Shown here piece by piece: positions 1 through 8,448 of a stretch of DNA of 24,000 bases. The position numbers were made by a program, and so were the translations under genes. The notes under the pieces were generated by a model. The model was not told where the DNA came from, ran no database searches, and saw only the letters and a list, made by a program, of their open reading frames with translations. Position 1 is the stretch's first letter. Each line of letters begins with the position of its first letter. Location of the stretch: positions 54,653 through 78,652 of the forward strand of contig JAJQFG010000120.1 in NCBI GenBank assembly GCA_021201315.1. The letters are read 5' to 3'. Origin of the DNA: Erysipelotrichaceae bacterium. GTDB taxonomy: Bacteria > Bacillota_I > Bacilli_A > Erysipelotrichales > Coprobacillaceae.

Positions 1-2
1 GT

Positions 3-434
3 ACATGGACGAATAAAAATAAGTTATTATTCACATATGAATATTGTGTAGGTGGTAAAACAGGTTATACTAAAAAAGCCAAGCGTACTTTAGTTACACG
101 TGCAATTAAAGATGATGTATCACTTGTTATCGTAACATTTAATTGTGGCAATGATTTTGAATTTCATCAACAAAAATATGAAGAATGTTTTGATAAATAT
201 AAAAGCATATTAGTCTTACACAAAGGTATCTATAATTATCATGGACATTCTTTTTTAATAGATGAAGACTTGTATTATCCAACAAATGAAGAAAATGTTA
301 GTTATCTTGTTGAAGATAATATGGTTAATGTTATGATTGATAATCAAATTATTTATACAGCACAATGTGAAAAACCAATCAATATAATTTTACATTACTT
401 TTATATATTACTTGGAGAAATGATTAATGGATAA
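3..434 (+). CDS. D-alanyl-D-alanine carboxypeptidase (DacF/DacA family), C-terminal part, 5' truncated by window edge
   Basis: Open frame from the window start translates TWTNKNKLLFTYEYCVGGKTGYTKKAKRTLVTRAIKDDVSLVIVTFNCGNDF..., with the KTG box in the GGKTGYTKKAKRTLV context typical of low-molecular-weight PBPs; TAA at 432-434. Confidence 0.85.
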   Translation, partial: TWTNKNKLLFTYEYCVGGKTGYTKKAKRTLVTRAIKDDVSLVIVTFNCGNDFEFHQQKYEECFDKYKSILVLHKGIYNYHGHSFLIDEDLYYPTNEENVSYLVEDNMVNVMIDNQIIYTAQCEKPINIILHYFYILLGEMING

Positions 435-491
435 AAAATGATTGTTTAAATAAAAAATATGTGTATAATGGTAAAGAAGGAGCGTGATCCC

Positions 492-1220
492 ATGGAAAGA
501 TTACAGAAGGTGATAGCTGCTAGTGGTTATACAAGTCGAAGAAAAGCTGAAGATCTTATACGTCAAGGTCGCGTAGAAGTTAATGGAGAGAAAATTATTG
601 AAATGGGTTTTAAAGTCAAAAGCGGTGATTTGATTACCATTGATGGAAAACCTATAGAAGGTGAAAATAAGGTTTATTATGTTTTTTATAAACCTAAGGG
701 TTGTATTTGTAGCTTATCGGATGAATTGGGTAGAAGAACTGTTATAGATTATTTTGGTGATGTTAAGGAAAGAATATATCCTATTGGACGTTTGGATTAT
801 GATACAACAGGTATTTTATTTTTAAGTAATGATGGAGAATTTGCTAATTTAATGATGCATCCTTCTTCTCACTTAGAAAAAATATATGATGTTACGATTA
901 ATGGTCTAATTAATAAAAAAACCATATCACAAATGCAAAAGGGTATCTATTTGGAAGGTGTTAAAACACTACCTTGTCGTATTAAATTAGTCAGTCAAGA
1001 TGAAGAACATCATTCTTCTAGAGTAATGATAAAACTTGTAGAAGGAAAAAATCGTCAAATTAAAAAGATGTTTGAATCCGTAGGATTTACTGTTAAAAGA
1101 TTGCATCGCATGCAAATTGGAAATGTGAATCTTGATGGTTTAAAACCTGGTGAATATCGACGTTTAAAACCACATGAAGTCAAAGAATTAAGACAAGTTG
1201 CTTTAAATAAAAAAACATAG
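492..1220 (+). CDS. rluB: 23S rRNA pseudouridine synthase, RsuA/RluB family
   Basis: S4-like N-terminus (MERLQKVIAASGYTSRRKAEDLIRQGRVEVNG), then YYVFYKPKGCICS, GRLDYDTTGILFLSNDGEFAN and EGKNRQIKKMFESVG. Start placed at 492 because an AAGGAG site precedes it, rather than at 459. Confidence 0.93.
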   Translation: MERLQKVIAASGYTSRRKAEDLIRQGRVEVNGEKIIEMGFKVKSGDLITIDGKPIEGENKVYYVFYKPKGCICSLSDELGRRTVIDYFGDVKERIYPIGRLDYDTTGILFLSNDGEFANLMMHPSSHLEKIYDVTINGLINKKTISQMQKGIYLEGVKTLPCRIKLVSQDEEHHSSRVMIKLVEGKNRQIKKMFESVGFTVKRLHRMQIGNVNLDGLKPGEYRRLKPHEVKELRQVALNKKT

Positions 1221-1254
1221 TCGAAGGATGTATGACTTTGTATGATGAAGATTG

Positions 1255-1284
1255 TTGAAATTAATGCATAAGAAGTTTTATAAT
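1255..1284 (+). promoter_or_regulatory. Predicted sigma-A promoter for the zinc-ribbon ORF
   Basis: TTGAAA (1255-1260), 18-nt spacer, TATAAT (1279-1284), followed by AAGGAGG and ATG 1305. Confidence 0.55.
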
Positions 1285-1304
1285 GAGGATAAGGAGGCAA
1301 TATT

Positions 1305-1721
1305 ATGCGCAGTGTTATTTTAGATACAGATGTAAAAGCTTGCGGTATATGTGGTTCTCAAGAACCATATATTGAATATAAAGAACTTGAAGGGGAACGT
1401 TTTATTTATTGTAAAAAATGTCATACGATTACATTTTTTAAAGCACTCAATGATCCTAGTAAACAAAGCCTTATTGAAAATGAGATGAATCTTCAAAAAA
1501 CCAATAAAAAAGAATTCTCGCCAGAGAGAATTCCTTTTTTTTATTCTTCTACGATTGCTTCTACAGGACAAGATTCTGCAGCTTCTTTTGCTGAATCCAT
1601 TAATTCATCAGGGATATCACCAATAATGTTTTCAGCTAAACCATCAGCATTTAAATCAAATACATCAGGACAAATAGCAGCACAAGTACCACATCCGATG
1701 CAATTTTCGTTAACTTTATAA
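1305..1721 (+). CDS. Small zinc-ribbon-like protein; the ORF has no stop before the terminator and runs antisense into the ferredoxin gene, so its true 3' end is uncertain
   Basis: Strong SD (AAGGAGG) and ATG; CGICG...YCKKC pair of CxxC motifs in the first 40 codons. Codons after about 1505 are low-plausibility sequence antisense to ferredoxin. Confidence 0.5.
   Translation: MRSVILDTDVKACGICGSQEPYIEYKELEGERFIYCKKCHTITFFKALNDPSKQSLIENEMNLQKTNKKEFSPERIPFFYSSTIASTGQDSAASFAESINSSGISPIMFSAKPSAFKSNTSGQIAAQVPHPMQFSLTL
1512..1542. terminator. Bidirectional intrinsic terminator between convergent zinc-ribbon and ferredoxin genes
   Basis: GAATTCTC (1512-1519) / GAGAATTC (1526-1533), loop GCCAGA, then a T tract on + and an A tract (1506-1511) giving a T tract on -. 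Confidence 0.85.
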
Positions 1722-1726
1722 CTCAT
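1541..1726 (-). CDS. fer: Ferredoxin, single [4Fe-4S] cluster type
   Basis: MSYKVNENCIGCGTCAAICPDVFDLNADG...AAESCPVEAIVEE: CxxCxxxxxCP plus distal CP. Confidence 0.9.
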   Translation of the reverse strand: MSYKVNENCIGCGTCAAICPDVFDLNADGLAENIIGDIPDELMDSAKEAAESCPVEAIVEE

Positions 1727-1883
1727 TTTTATTCCTCCTATTCATAAATCTATTATAAACCATTCATACGCTTTTTTAAAGAAAAAATTTTCAATTATTG
1801 AAAGTTGTCTTATATAAAGCAAATAAAAAATCATAGCAATCAATAAATAGCTATGTTATAATGGGAAAAAGTAGGTGAAAATA

Positions 1884-2525
1884 ATGGAAAAAGAAACAAG
1901 AATGAGTAAATATAAAGATTTAAGAGATGAAATGAAAGAAGAGGTGGCTATTTCTCCTCAAGAATTTTCAAATGATGATGAAGATGATGATTTTTTATCT
2001 TTTATAAAAGATGATGAAAAGAAAACATTTAATGATACCTTAGAAGAACCTTTATCTTATGAAACATTATCTATTGATAGTGAAGAAATCAAAAGTGCTT
2101 TAAATGATGCTAAAGTTAAAGTAGGTAAAGAAAAATATAATACACGTTTAGATATTCTCAATAAAATCAAAAAAGATGAGAATAATATAGAAGAGGAAGA
2201 AGAACCTCAAAATAAGATGACATTATTAGAAAGATTAGCTGCTATGTCACCAGAAGAAGATGCTGAAGAATTAAAAAAATATGAAGAAGGTTTGACAATA
2301 GGTGATTTCATGAAAGAGAAAGAACCTAAGAAATCACATTCTAAAGAAGAAACAAAAGCTTATAAACTAGGTGATTTTGAAGAATTTGATACATATGAAG
2401 AAGATCCTCTTGAAGAAGAAAAAGAAAGTAAGTTGATTACTTTTTTGAATTATGTTATTATCTTTTGTATTCTAGTATTTATTGTTTTGGCAATATTTAT
2501 TATTAAGCAGTATTTTTTTAGCTAA
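1884..2525 (+). CDS. Uncharacterised acidic protein with a single C-terminal transmembrane helix (tail-anchored)
   Basis: About 180 residues of charged, Glu/Asp/Lys-rich sequence, then KLITFLNYVIIFCILVFIVLAIFIIKQYFFS at the extreme C-terminus. ATG 1884 or 1902 is preferred over GTG 1875. TATAAT upstream at 1855. Confidence 0.75.
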   Translation: MEKETRMSKYKDLRDEMKEEVAISPQEFSNDDEDDDFLSFIKDDEKKTFNDTLEEPLSYETLSIDSEEIKSALNDAKVKVGKEKYNTRLDILNKIKKDENNIEEEEEPQNKMTLLERLAAMSPEEDAEELKKYEEGLTIGDFMKEKEPKKSHSKEETKAYKLGDFEEFDTYEEDPLEEEKESKLITFLNYVIIFCILVFIVLAIFIIKQYFFS

Positions 2526-2545
2526 GGCATTGCCTTAGCTTTTTA
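2520..2545 (+). terminator. Intrinsic terminator or attenuator between the tail-anchored protein gene and cmk
   Basis: AGCTAAGG (2520-2527) / CCTTAGCT (2533-2540), followed by TTTTA. The TAA stop (2523-2525) is inside the left arm. Confidence 0.8.
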
Positions 2546-2558
2546 TAGGAGGAATAGA

Positions 2559-3224
2559 ATGAAGATTAATATCGCTATTGATGGGCCAGCAGCTGCTGGA
2601 AAATCAACCATTGCAAAAATTTTAGCTAAAAAATTAAATTATACATATATTGATACAGGAGCTATGTATCGTTGTGTTGCTTATTTTGCACTTAAGAATC
2701 ATGTTGATCCTCAAGATGAGATGAAAGTTTGTCAATTATTAAAAGATATTCATATTGATATGAAAGCTGATAAGATTTATCTTAATGGAGAAGATGTTTC
2801 TAAAAAAATTAGAGAAAATGAAGTATCGATGCAAGCAAGTTCTGTTTCAAGATATAAAGATGTTCGTGAATTTTTAGTTTCACAACAAAGACAATTAGCC
2901 AAAAATGGTGGATTTATTTTAGATGGACGAGATATTGGCACAGTTGTTTTACCTGATGCTAAACTTAAAATATATCAGGTTGCAAGTATCGAATGTCGAG
3001 CATTAAGACGTCATAAGGAAAATATTGAAAGAGGTTTAGAATCTAATTTAGAGGAAATAAAAGCAGAAATTGAAAGTCGTGATTATCAGGATATGCATCG
3101 TGACATTTCACCTTTAAAGAAAGCTGATGATGCCATTGAAATTGATACATCTAATATGACACTTGAAGAAGTAAGTCAGACGATTTATAAACTTGTGACG
3201 GAAAGGGTGAATGAGCTATGTTAG
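2559..3224 (+). CDS. cmk: Cytidylate kinase
   Basis: [51 protein letters not shown]. Confidence 0.97.
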   Translation: MKINIAIDGPAAAGKSTIAKILAKKLNYTYIDTGAMYRCVAYFALKNHVDPQDEMKVCQLLKDIHIDMKADKIYLNGEDVSKKIRENEVSMQASSVSRYKDVREFLVSQQRQLAKNGGFILDGRDIGTVVLPDAKLKIYQVASIECRALRRHKENIERGLESNLEEIKAEIESRDYQDMHRDISPLKKADDAIEIDTSNMTLEEVSQTIYKLVTERVNELC

Positions 3225-4522
3225 GTGTTGTTGCGATAGTTGGTCGTGCTAATGTAGGAAAGTCCACTATTTTTAACCGCATTGTAGGGGAACGTGTTTC
3301 AATTGTAGAAGATATTCCTGGCGTTACTCGTGATCGTATTTATGCATCGTCTTCATGGTTAACAAGAGATTTTAGAGTTATTGATACGGGTGGTATTGAA
3401 ATTGAAAATGCTTCTTTTACGCAACAAATTAAAGCTCAAGCGGAAATAGCTATTGAAGAGGCTGATGTTATTATATTTGTTGTGAATGGTAGAGAAGGTG
3501 TGACTAAGGAAGATGAATATGTTGCACGTATGTTACAAAAATCAAAGAAACCTGTTATTTTAGCTGTGAATAAGATTGATGATAGTGCATTTATGAATGA
3601 TATTTATGATTTTTATAGTTTAGGCGTAGGTGATCCTATTGCAGTTAGTGGTAGCCATGGCATTGGTATTGGTGATATTTTAGATGAAGTTATTAAATTG
3701 ATGCCTAGTGATAATGAAGAACTTCATGATGATGAGATTCGTTTTTCTATTATTGGTAGACCAAATGTTGGTAAATCATCGCTTACAAATGCTATTTTAG
3801 GTGAAGAACGTGTTATTGTATCACAAATTGAAGGTACTACTAGAGATGCGATTGATACAGCTTTTGAAAAGGATGGTCAAAAATATCGTGTCGTTGATAC
3901 TGCGGGGATGCGTAAACGTGGTAAGATTTATGAAAATGTTGAAAAATATTCCATTTTAAGAGCAATGTCAGCGATTGAAAAGAGTGATGTTGTTTTAGCG
4001 TTGCTTGATGGTTCTACTGGTGTGATTGCTCAGGATAAGCATGTGGCTGGAAATGCGCATGAAGCAGGTAAGCCAACAATATTGGTAGTGAATAAATGGG
4101 ATTTAGTTGAAAAAGAATCAAAAACCATGCATAAAATGGAAAAAGATATACGTGAACAATTTAAATATTTGGATTATGCACCTATTGTTTTTGTATCTGC
4201 TTTAAAGAATCAACGTGTTAATAATCTTTTACCACTTATTCAAGAAGTTTATGCAAATGCGCATTTACGTGTTTCTACAAGTGTTTTAAATGATGTTCTT
4301 ATAGATGCTCAAACAATGAATCCAACAACCACATTTAATGGTGGACGTCTTAAAATCTACTATGCTAATCAGGTTGCAGTTTGTCCACCAACATTTGTTT
4401 TATTCACCAATAATCCTGATTATATGCATTTTAGCTATAAACGTTATTTAGAAAATAAATTAAGAGAAGCTTTTGGCTTTAAAGGTACACCAATTCATAT
4501 TATTTGTAGAAAGAGGGACTAA
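3218..4522 (+). CDS. der: Ribosome biogenesis GTPase Der (EngA), two tandem G domains
   Basis: [14 protein letters not shown]...DTGG...NKID and [23 protein letters not shown]...DTAGMRKRG...NKWD, C-terminal KH-like domain. Overlaps the cmk end by 7 nt. Confidence 0.98.
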   Translation: MLGVVAIVGRANVGKSTIFNRIVGERVSIVEDIPGVTRDRIYASSSWLTRDFRVIDTGGIEIENASFTQQIKAQAEIAIEEADVIIFVVNGREGVTKEDEYVARMLQKSKKPVILAVNKIDDSAFMNDIYDFYSLGVGDPIAVSGSHGIGIGDILDEVIKLMPSDNEELHDDEIRFSIIGRPNVGKSSLTNAILGEERVIVSQIEGTTRDAIDTAFEKDGQKYRVVDTAGMRKRGKIYENVEKYSILRAMSAIEKSDVVLALLDGSTGVIAQDKHVAGNAHEAGKPTILVVNKWDLVEKESKTMHKMEKDIREQFKYLDYAPIVFVSALKNQRVNNLLPLIQEVYANAHLRVSTSVLNDVLIDAQTMNPTTTFNGGRLKIYYANQVAVCPPTFVLFTNNPDYMHFSYKRYLENKLREAFGFKGTPIHIICRKRD

Positions 4523-4523
4523 A

Positions 4524-5537
4524 ATGAAAATAGCTATATTGGGTACAGGTAGCTGGGCTACAGGCTTAGCACGTGTTTTAAATGATAATGGTCATGAAGT
4601 TTTGTTGTACGGTATTGATCAAAATGAAATCGATGATATTAATTTAAGACATTGTAATTATAAATACTTTAAAGATGTTAGATTAGAAGATACAATTAAA
4701 GCAACATCTTCTTTAGAACAAACCATTAATCATGCAGATTATATTTTAATTACAATTCCTACTCAATTTGTACGTAGTACCTTAGAAAAAGTTAAACCAT
4801 TATTAAAAAAGAAAGTTACGATTATTAATGCCTCTAAAGGCTTTGATCTTGATACATCTTCGCGTATTTCTGATACAATTAGAAGTATTTTTACAAACGA
4901 TGAAATTAATCCAGTAGAATCTATAATTGGCCCAGCTCATGCTGAAGAAGTAGTGGTAAGAATATTAACTGCAGTTTGTGCTGTTTCATTAGATGAAAAT
5001 TATGCTAAAGATGTTCAATTATTATTCTCCAATCAATATTTTCGCGTTTATACTTCAACAGATGAAGTAGGTGCTGAATATGGTGTGGCTTATAAGAATG
5101 TTATAGCTGTAGCTAGTGGTATTATTGCAGGACTAGGTTATGGGGACAATACACGTGCTGCTTTAATTACAAGAGGTTTAACTGAAATGGTTCGTTATGG
5201 CACCCTTAAAGGTGGTAAGGTAGAAACATTCTTTGGACTTACTGGTATTGGTGATTTAGTTGTTACTTGTTCATCTGTTCATTCTCGTAATTTTCAGGCT
5301 GGTTATGCCATTGGTCAAAGCAATAGAGCAATAGATTTTATGATGCACAATACTAAAACAGTTGAAGGTATTCGTACTTGTAAAGTCATTTATGAAGATG
5401 TAAAAAATCATGATTATGGCATTGAAATTCCTATTTGTGAAGCTGTTTATCAGGTATTATTTGAAAATGCATCGCCACAAGAAAAAATTATTTCACTTAT
5501 GTTAAGAGACTTAAAACCCGAACAAGAAAAAGAATAA
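4524..5537 (+). CDS. gpsA: Glycerol-3-phosphate dehydrogenase [NAD(P)+]
   Basis: MKIAILGTGSWATGLARVLNDNGH, GPAHAEE, YKNVIAVASGIIAGLGYGDNTRAALITRGLTEM, GDLVVTCSSVHSRN. Start 4524 rather than 4473, which overlaps der. Confidence 0.96.
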   Translation: MKIAILGTGSWATGLARVLNDNGHEVLLYGIDQNEIDDINLRHCNYKYFKDVRLEDTIKATSSLEQTINHADYILITIPTQFVRSTLEKVKPLLKKKVTIINASKGFDLDTSSRISDTIRSIFTNDEINPVESIIGPAHAEEVVVRILTAVCAVSLDENYAKDVQLLFSNQYFRVYTSTDEVGAEYGVAYKNVIAVASGIIAGLGYGDNTRAALITRGLTEMVRYGTLKGGKVETFFGLTGIGDLVVTCSSVHSRNFQAGYAIGQSNRAIDFMMHNTKTVEGIRTCKVIYEDVKNHDYGIEIPICEAVYQVLFENASPQEKIISLMLRDLKPEQEKE

Positions 5538-5561
5538 AACATATAATATTTTGGTGATATA

Positions 5562-5801
5562 ATGCAACAAGATAATTTATTGGATAAGGTTTCTAAGAAA
5601 ACCAATGTTTCTAAAGATGATATTCTAGCTTTAGCAAGTGACCTTCAAACTAAAGATTTGAATAATGAAAATGATATTAAAGACTTTATTGATAAAATAG
5701 CTCACATAACAAACAAAGAAGTATCACAACAACAAATGTCTAAAATCATTTCAATTATTCAAAACAATCAAGTTCCACAAAACTTTAACGACATGGTATA
5801 A
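5562..5801 (+). CDS. SpoVIF-like small sporulation protein
   Basis: 79 aa MQQDNLLDKVSKKTNVSKDDILALASDLQTKDLNNENDIKDFIDKIAHITNKEVSQQQMSKIISII, which matches my recollection of the SpoVIF pattern (K.TGV...DI..LA...Q...). Confidence 0.6.
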   Translation: MQQDNLLDKVSKKTNVSKDDILALASDLQTKDLNNENDIKDFIDKIAHITNKEVSQQQMSKIISIIQNNQVPQNFNDMV

Positions 5802-5820
5802 CCATGTCGTTATTTTATTT
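5787..5820 (+). terminator. Intrinsic terminator overlapping the end of the spoVIF-like gene
   Basis: Perfect 11-bp stem AACGACATGGT (5787-5797) / ACCATGTCGTT (5801-5811), loop ATA, then ATTTTATTT. Confidence 0.85.
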
Positions 5821-5847
5821 GACAAATTATATCATTTTATATACAAT
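5819..5847 (+). promoter_or_regulatory. Near-consensus sigma-A promoter for the flavodoxin-like pair
   Basis: TTGACA (5819-5824), 17-nt spacer, TACAAT (5842-5847), followed by AAAGGAG and ATG 5875. Confidence 0.75.
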
Positions 5848-5874
5848 TAACAAAGTATAAAAAAGGAGATCAAA

Positions 5875-6384
5875 ATGAAGAATTTAGTTATAACAGACAA
5901 AGATATATCTACTAATTTATTTCAAAATTCCATCATTGTAAATCTAAACAATATTCATTACTCTTCCTGTACAGGTGGACTAGAATGTCTTAAATGTGAA
6001 GGTGCTTGTTATTTTAAAGATGATATGAGTTTAATATCTCGTTGGATGAATGATTGTCAATTGATTATCTATATAACTAAAGTTAAATATGGATGCTTTG
6101 ATATTCCTTTTAAAAAAATGCTTGAAAGATTGGTTGTTAACTTAGAACCATATTATACAATGGTTGATGGTGAAACATGTCATTTAGGTATTAGTCAATT
6201 AAGTAAGAAGTTATTAGTTATTGGTTATGGAGAACTTACAACTGATGAAATGCATTTATTTAAGGATATGTTAGATGAATCTACTTTAGGTTTTAGTTAC
6301 TCATCTGTTGATGCTTATTTTTGCAGTGAAGATGAGTTAGAAGAAACATTACGTACTTTTGGAGGGGTTGATCATTATGTCTAA
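5875..6384 (+). CDS. Flavodoxin-fold / NADPH-dependent FMN reductase-like protein with Cys-rich motif
   Basis: NNIHYSSCTGGLECLKCEGACYFKDDMSLISRWMNDCQLIIYITKVKYGCFDIPFKKMLERL resembles the CxGCxxCxxxGxCxxxDDM...D.I...P.Y.....K..lDR segment of iron-sulfur flavoprotein/FMN reductase families. Confidence 0.6.
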   Translation: MKNLVITDKDISTNLFQNSIIVNLNNIHYSSCTGGLECLKCEGACYFKDDMSLISRWMNDCQLIIYITKVKYGCFDIPFKKMLERLVVNLEPYYTMVDGETCHLGISQLSKKLLVIGYGELTTDEMHLFKDMLDESTLGFSYSSVDAYFCSEDELEETLRTFGGVDHYV

Positions 6385-6960
6385 AGTTTTATTAATTTCA
6401 TCAGGTTTAAAACATTCTCAGGAGTTTAGTGATATATACATAGAAAAATTGAGTAAATATCTTGAAAAAAATGTGATATATTGGATATTCGTCATATAGA
6501 TAATTTTGACGAAAGAACATTTTTTGCTTATGACAAAGTCGTATTTTGTTTTTTTGTGGCTTTAAATTCTATTCCGTCTACAACTTTAGAAATATTTCAA
6601 AAATTAGAATCATCTTCAAAAACAGCACATATTTATGCACTAGCTATCTGTGATGAATTTGAATGTGAAAAATGTGATACTTCACTTAAAATTATTAAAA
6701 ATTGGTGTCTTCATGAAAACCTTGAATATAAAGGTGATATGCGTATAGGTTCATGTTTAACTATTATGAAAACAAATAATAGATTTATTGTTTGCAATCA
6801 AATAAAAAAATTTGCTCATGCGATTATCAACGATCAAGATACACACCTATCCATTACTTTACCTAATGAAAAGTCTTTTTTCAAAAATGCCAATAAATAT
6901 TGGAGTAAAGAAATTAAGAAAAAACATAAACAAAGGCGAAAACAAAGAAATTTCTTTTAG
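6377..6960 (+). pseudogene. Second flavodoxin-like gene, interrupted by a -1-type frameshift at the A7 run 6465-6471 (pseudogene, sequencing error or programmed frameshift)
   Basis: ATG 6377 overlaps the upstream stop and reads MSKVLLISSGLKHSQEFSDIYIEKLSKYLEK, then stops at 6497-6499. The other frame is open from 6466 and continues KKCDILDIRHIDNFDERTFFAYDKVVFCFFVALNSIPSTTLEIFQ... to 6960. Confidence 0.65.
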
Positions 6961-7004
6961 GAATTTCTTTTTATGTTATAATGGAAAAAGAAAAGAGGGA
7001 TAAC

Positions 7005-7829
7005 ATGGATATTGAAAGAATTATAAACAATATCAAAGACAATCAACCTTTGATTCATAATATCACCAATTATGTCACAACCAATGATGTTGCCAATATG
7101 ATACTTGCGATTGGGGCTTCGCCAATTATGGCTGATGAAGTTTTAGAAGTTGAAGATATTACTAGTATAGCTCAAGGTTTAAATCTAAATTTAGGAACCA
7201 TCAATCAAAATCGTTTTAAAGCCATCAAAAAATCAGGTTTAACTGCTAATCAATATCATATACCTGTGTTACTTGATCCAGTTGGTATTGGTGCTTCAAA
7301 ATTAAGACAACAATATGTTCACGAGTTAATAGATCATATACAATTTGATGTAATTAGAGGAAATATTTCAGAAATTAGGGCATTATATCAAAATACTTCC
7401 ACAAAAGGAGTAGATGCCAATTATATAGATACTATAACCCCTGATAATATTTTAGAGGTTGTTTCTTATATTAAAGAAATTGCTAAGATGTTTCATTGTA
7501 TTATAGCTGTATCATCAGCCATTGATATTGTGGCTAATGAAGATAAGGCATATGTTATATATAATGGACATCCTATGATGAGTCGTATTACTGGTAGTGG
7601 ATGTATGCTCTCTGGTTTATGTACAGCGTTTATTAGTACTAATAAAGATCATATGTTGGATGCTTGTGCATTAGCATTTATATGTAATGGTATAGCAGGA
7701 GAAATGGCTTATGATAAGATGATTGAAAGACATAGCGGAAATGCTACTTATCGTAATGATTTGATTGATGCTATTTATTTAATGACACCTCAAAATATAA
7801 AGGAGAGAGCACATTATGAAATTTACTAA
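7005..7829 (+). CDS. thiM: Hydroxyethylthiazole kinase
   Basis: PLIHNITNYVTTNDVANMILAIGASPIMADEVLE, LDPVGIGASKLR, GNISEIRAL, ITGSGCMLSGLCTAF. Start 7005 after AGAGGGG. Confidence 0.95.
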   Translation: MDIERIINNIKDNQPLIHNITNYVTTNDVANMILAIGASPIMADEVLEVEDITSIAQGLNLNLGTINQNRFKAIKKSGLTANQYHIPVLLDPVGIGASKLRQQYVHELIDHIQFDVIRGNISEIRALYQNTSTKGVDANYIDTITPDNILEVVSYIKEIAKMFHCIIAVSSAIDIVANEDKAYVIYNGHPMMSRITGSGCMLSGLCTAFISTNKDHMLDACALAFICNGIAGEMAYDKMIERHSGNATYRNDLIDAIYLMTPQNIKERAHYEIY

Positions 7830-8448
7830 ATCGATGTTGAAATTATATGCTGTTACTGATCGTAGCTGGTTGAATGGTGATACTTTGTATCAACAAGTTG
7901 AAAAAGCTTTAAAAGGTGGCGTTACGATGGTACAATTAAGAGAAAAGAATTTAGGCTATGAACAATTTTTACAAGAAGCGATAGAAATGAAAGCATTATG
8001 TCATCGTTACCATGTACCACTTATCATTAATGATAATTTAGAAGTAGCGATTAATTCAGATGCTGATGGTATTCATATTGGTCAGGATGATATATCAATA
8101 GATGTTGTTAAAGAAAGATTTCCTGATAAGATTATCGGTGTTACTGCTCATAATTTAAAAGAAGCGAATATTGCACAAGAAAATGGAGCTACTTATTTGG
8201 GTATGGGTGCAATCTTTTCTACATCTACAAAAACAAATACAACACCTTTATCAATTAATAGCTTAAAAGAAATAACTTCGATTATTCATATACCTATTGT
8301 TGCGATAGGAGGTATTACTTATGATAATGTTGATAAGTTAAAAAATACAGGCATTGCAGGTATTGCTGTGGTCTCAGCTATATTTCATAATGATGATATT
8401 GTTTCTTCTACAAAAGCTTTATTGAATAAGATGGTGTATATTGAATGA
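7816..8448 (+). CDS. thiE: Thiamine-phosphate synthase
   Basis: LYAVTDRSWL, GGVTMVQLREKNL, PLIINDNLEVAINSDADGIHIGQDD, GVTAHN, YLGMGAIFSTSTK, IVAIGGI. Confidence 0.95.
   Translation: MKFTKSMLKLYAVTDRSWLNGDTLYQQVEKALKGGVTMVQLREKNLGYEQFLQEAIEMKALCHRYHVPLIINDNLEVAINSDADGIHIGQDDISIDVVKERFPDKIIGVTAHNLKEANIAQENGATYLGMGAIFSTSTKTNTTPLSINSLKEITSIIHIPIVAIGGITYDNVDKLKNTGIAGIAVVSAIFHNDDIVSSTKALLNKMVYIE

Noticed and set aside
1055-1571. Minus-strand ORFs 1055..1300 and 1320..1571
   Set aside because: Antisense to rluB and the zinc-ribbon ORF, with no plausible RBS or domain. The sense-strand calls are much better supported.
4473-4523. Upstream extension of gpsA (start at 4473)
   Set aside because: The extension overlaps der out of frame. 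MKIAILGTGSWATG at 4524 is the expected N-terminus.
6812-7003. Plus-strand ORF 6812..7003
   Set aside because: Overlaps the flavodoxin-like coding region and the thiM leader out of frame; hydrophobic/Lys-rich composition typical of chance ORFs in AT-rich DNA.
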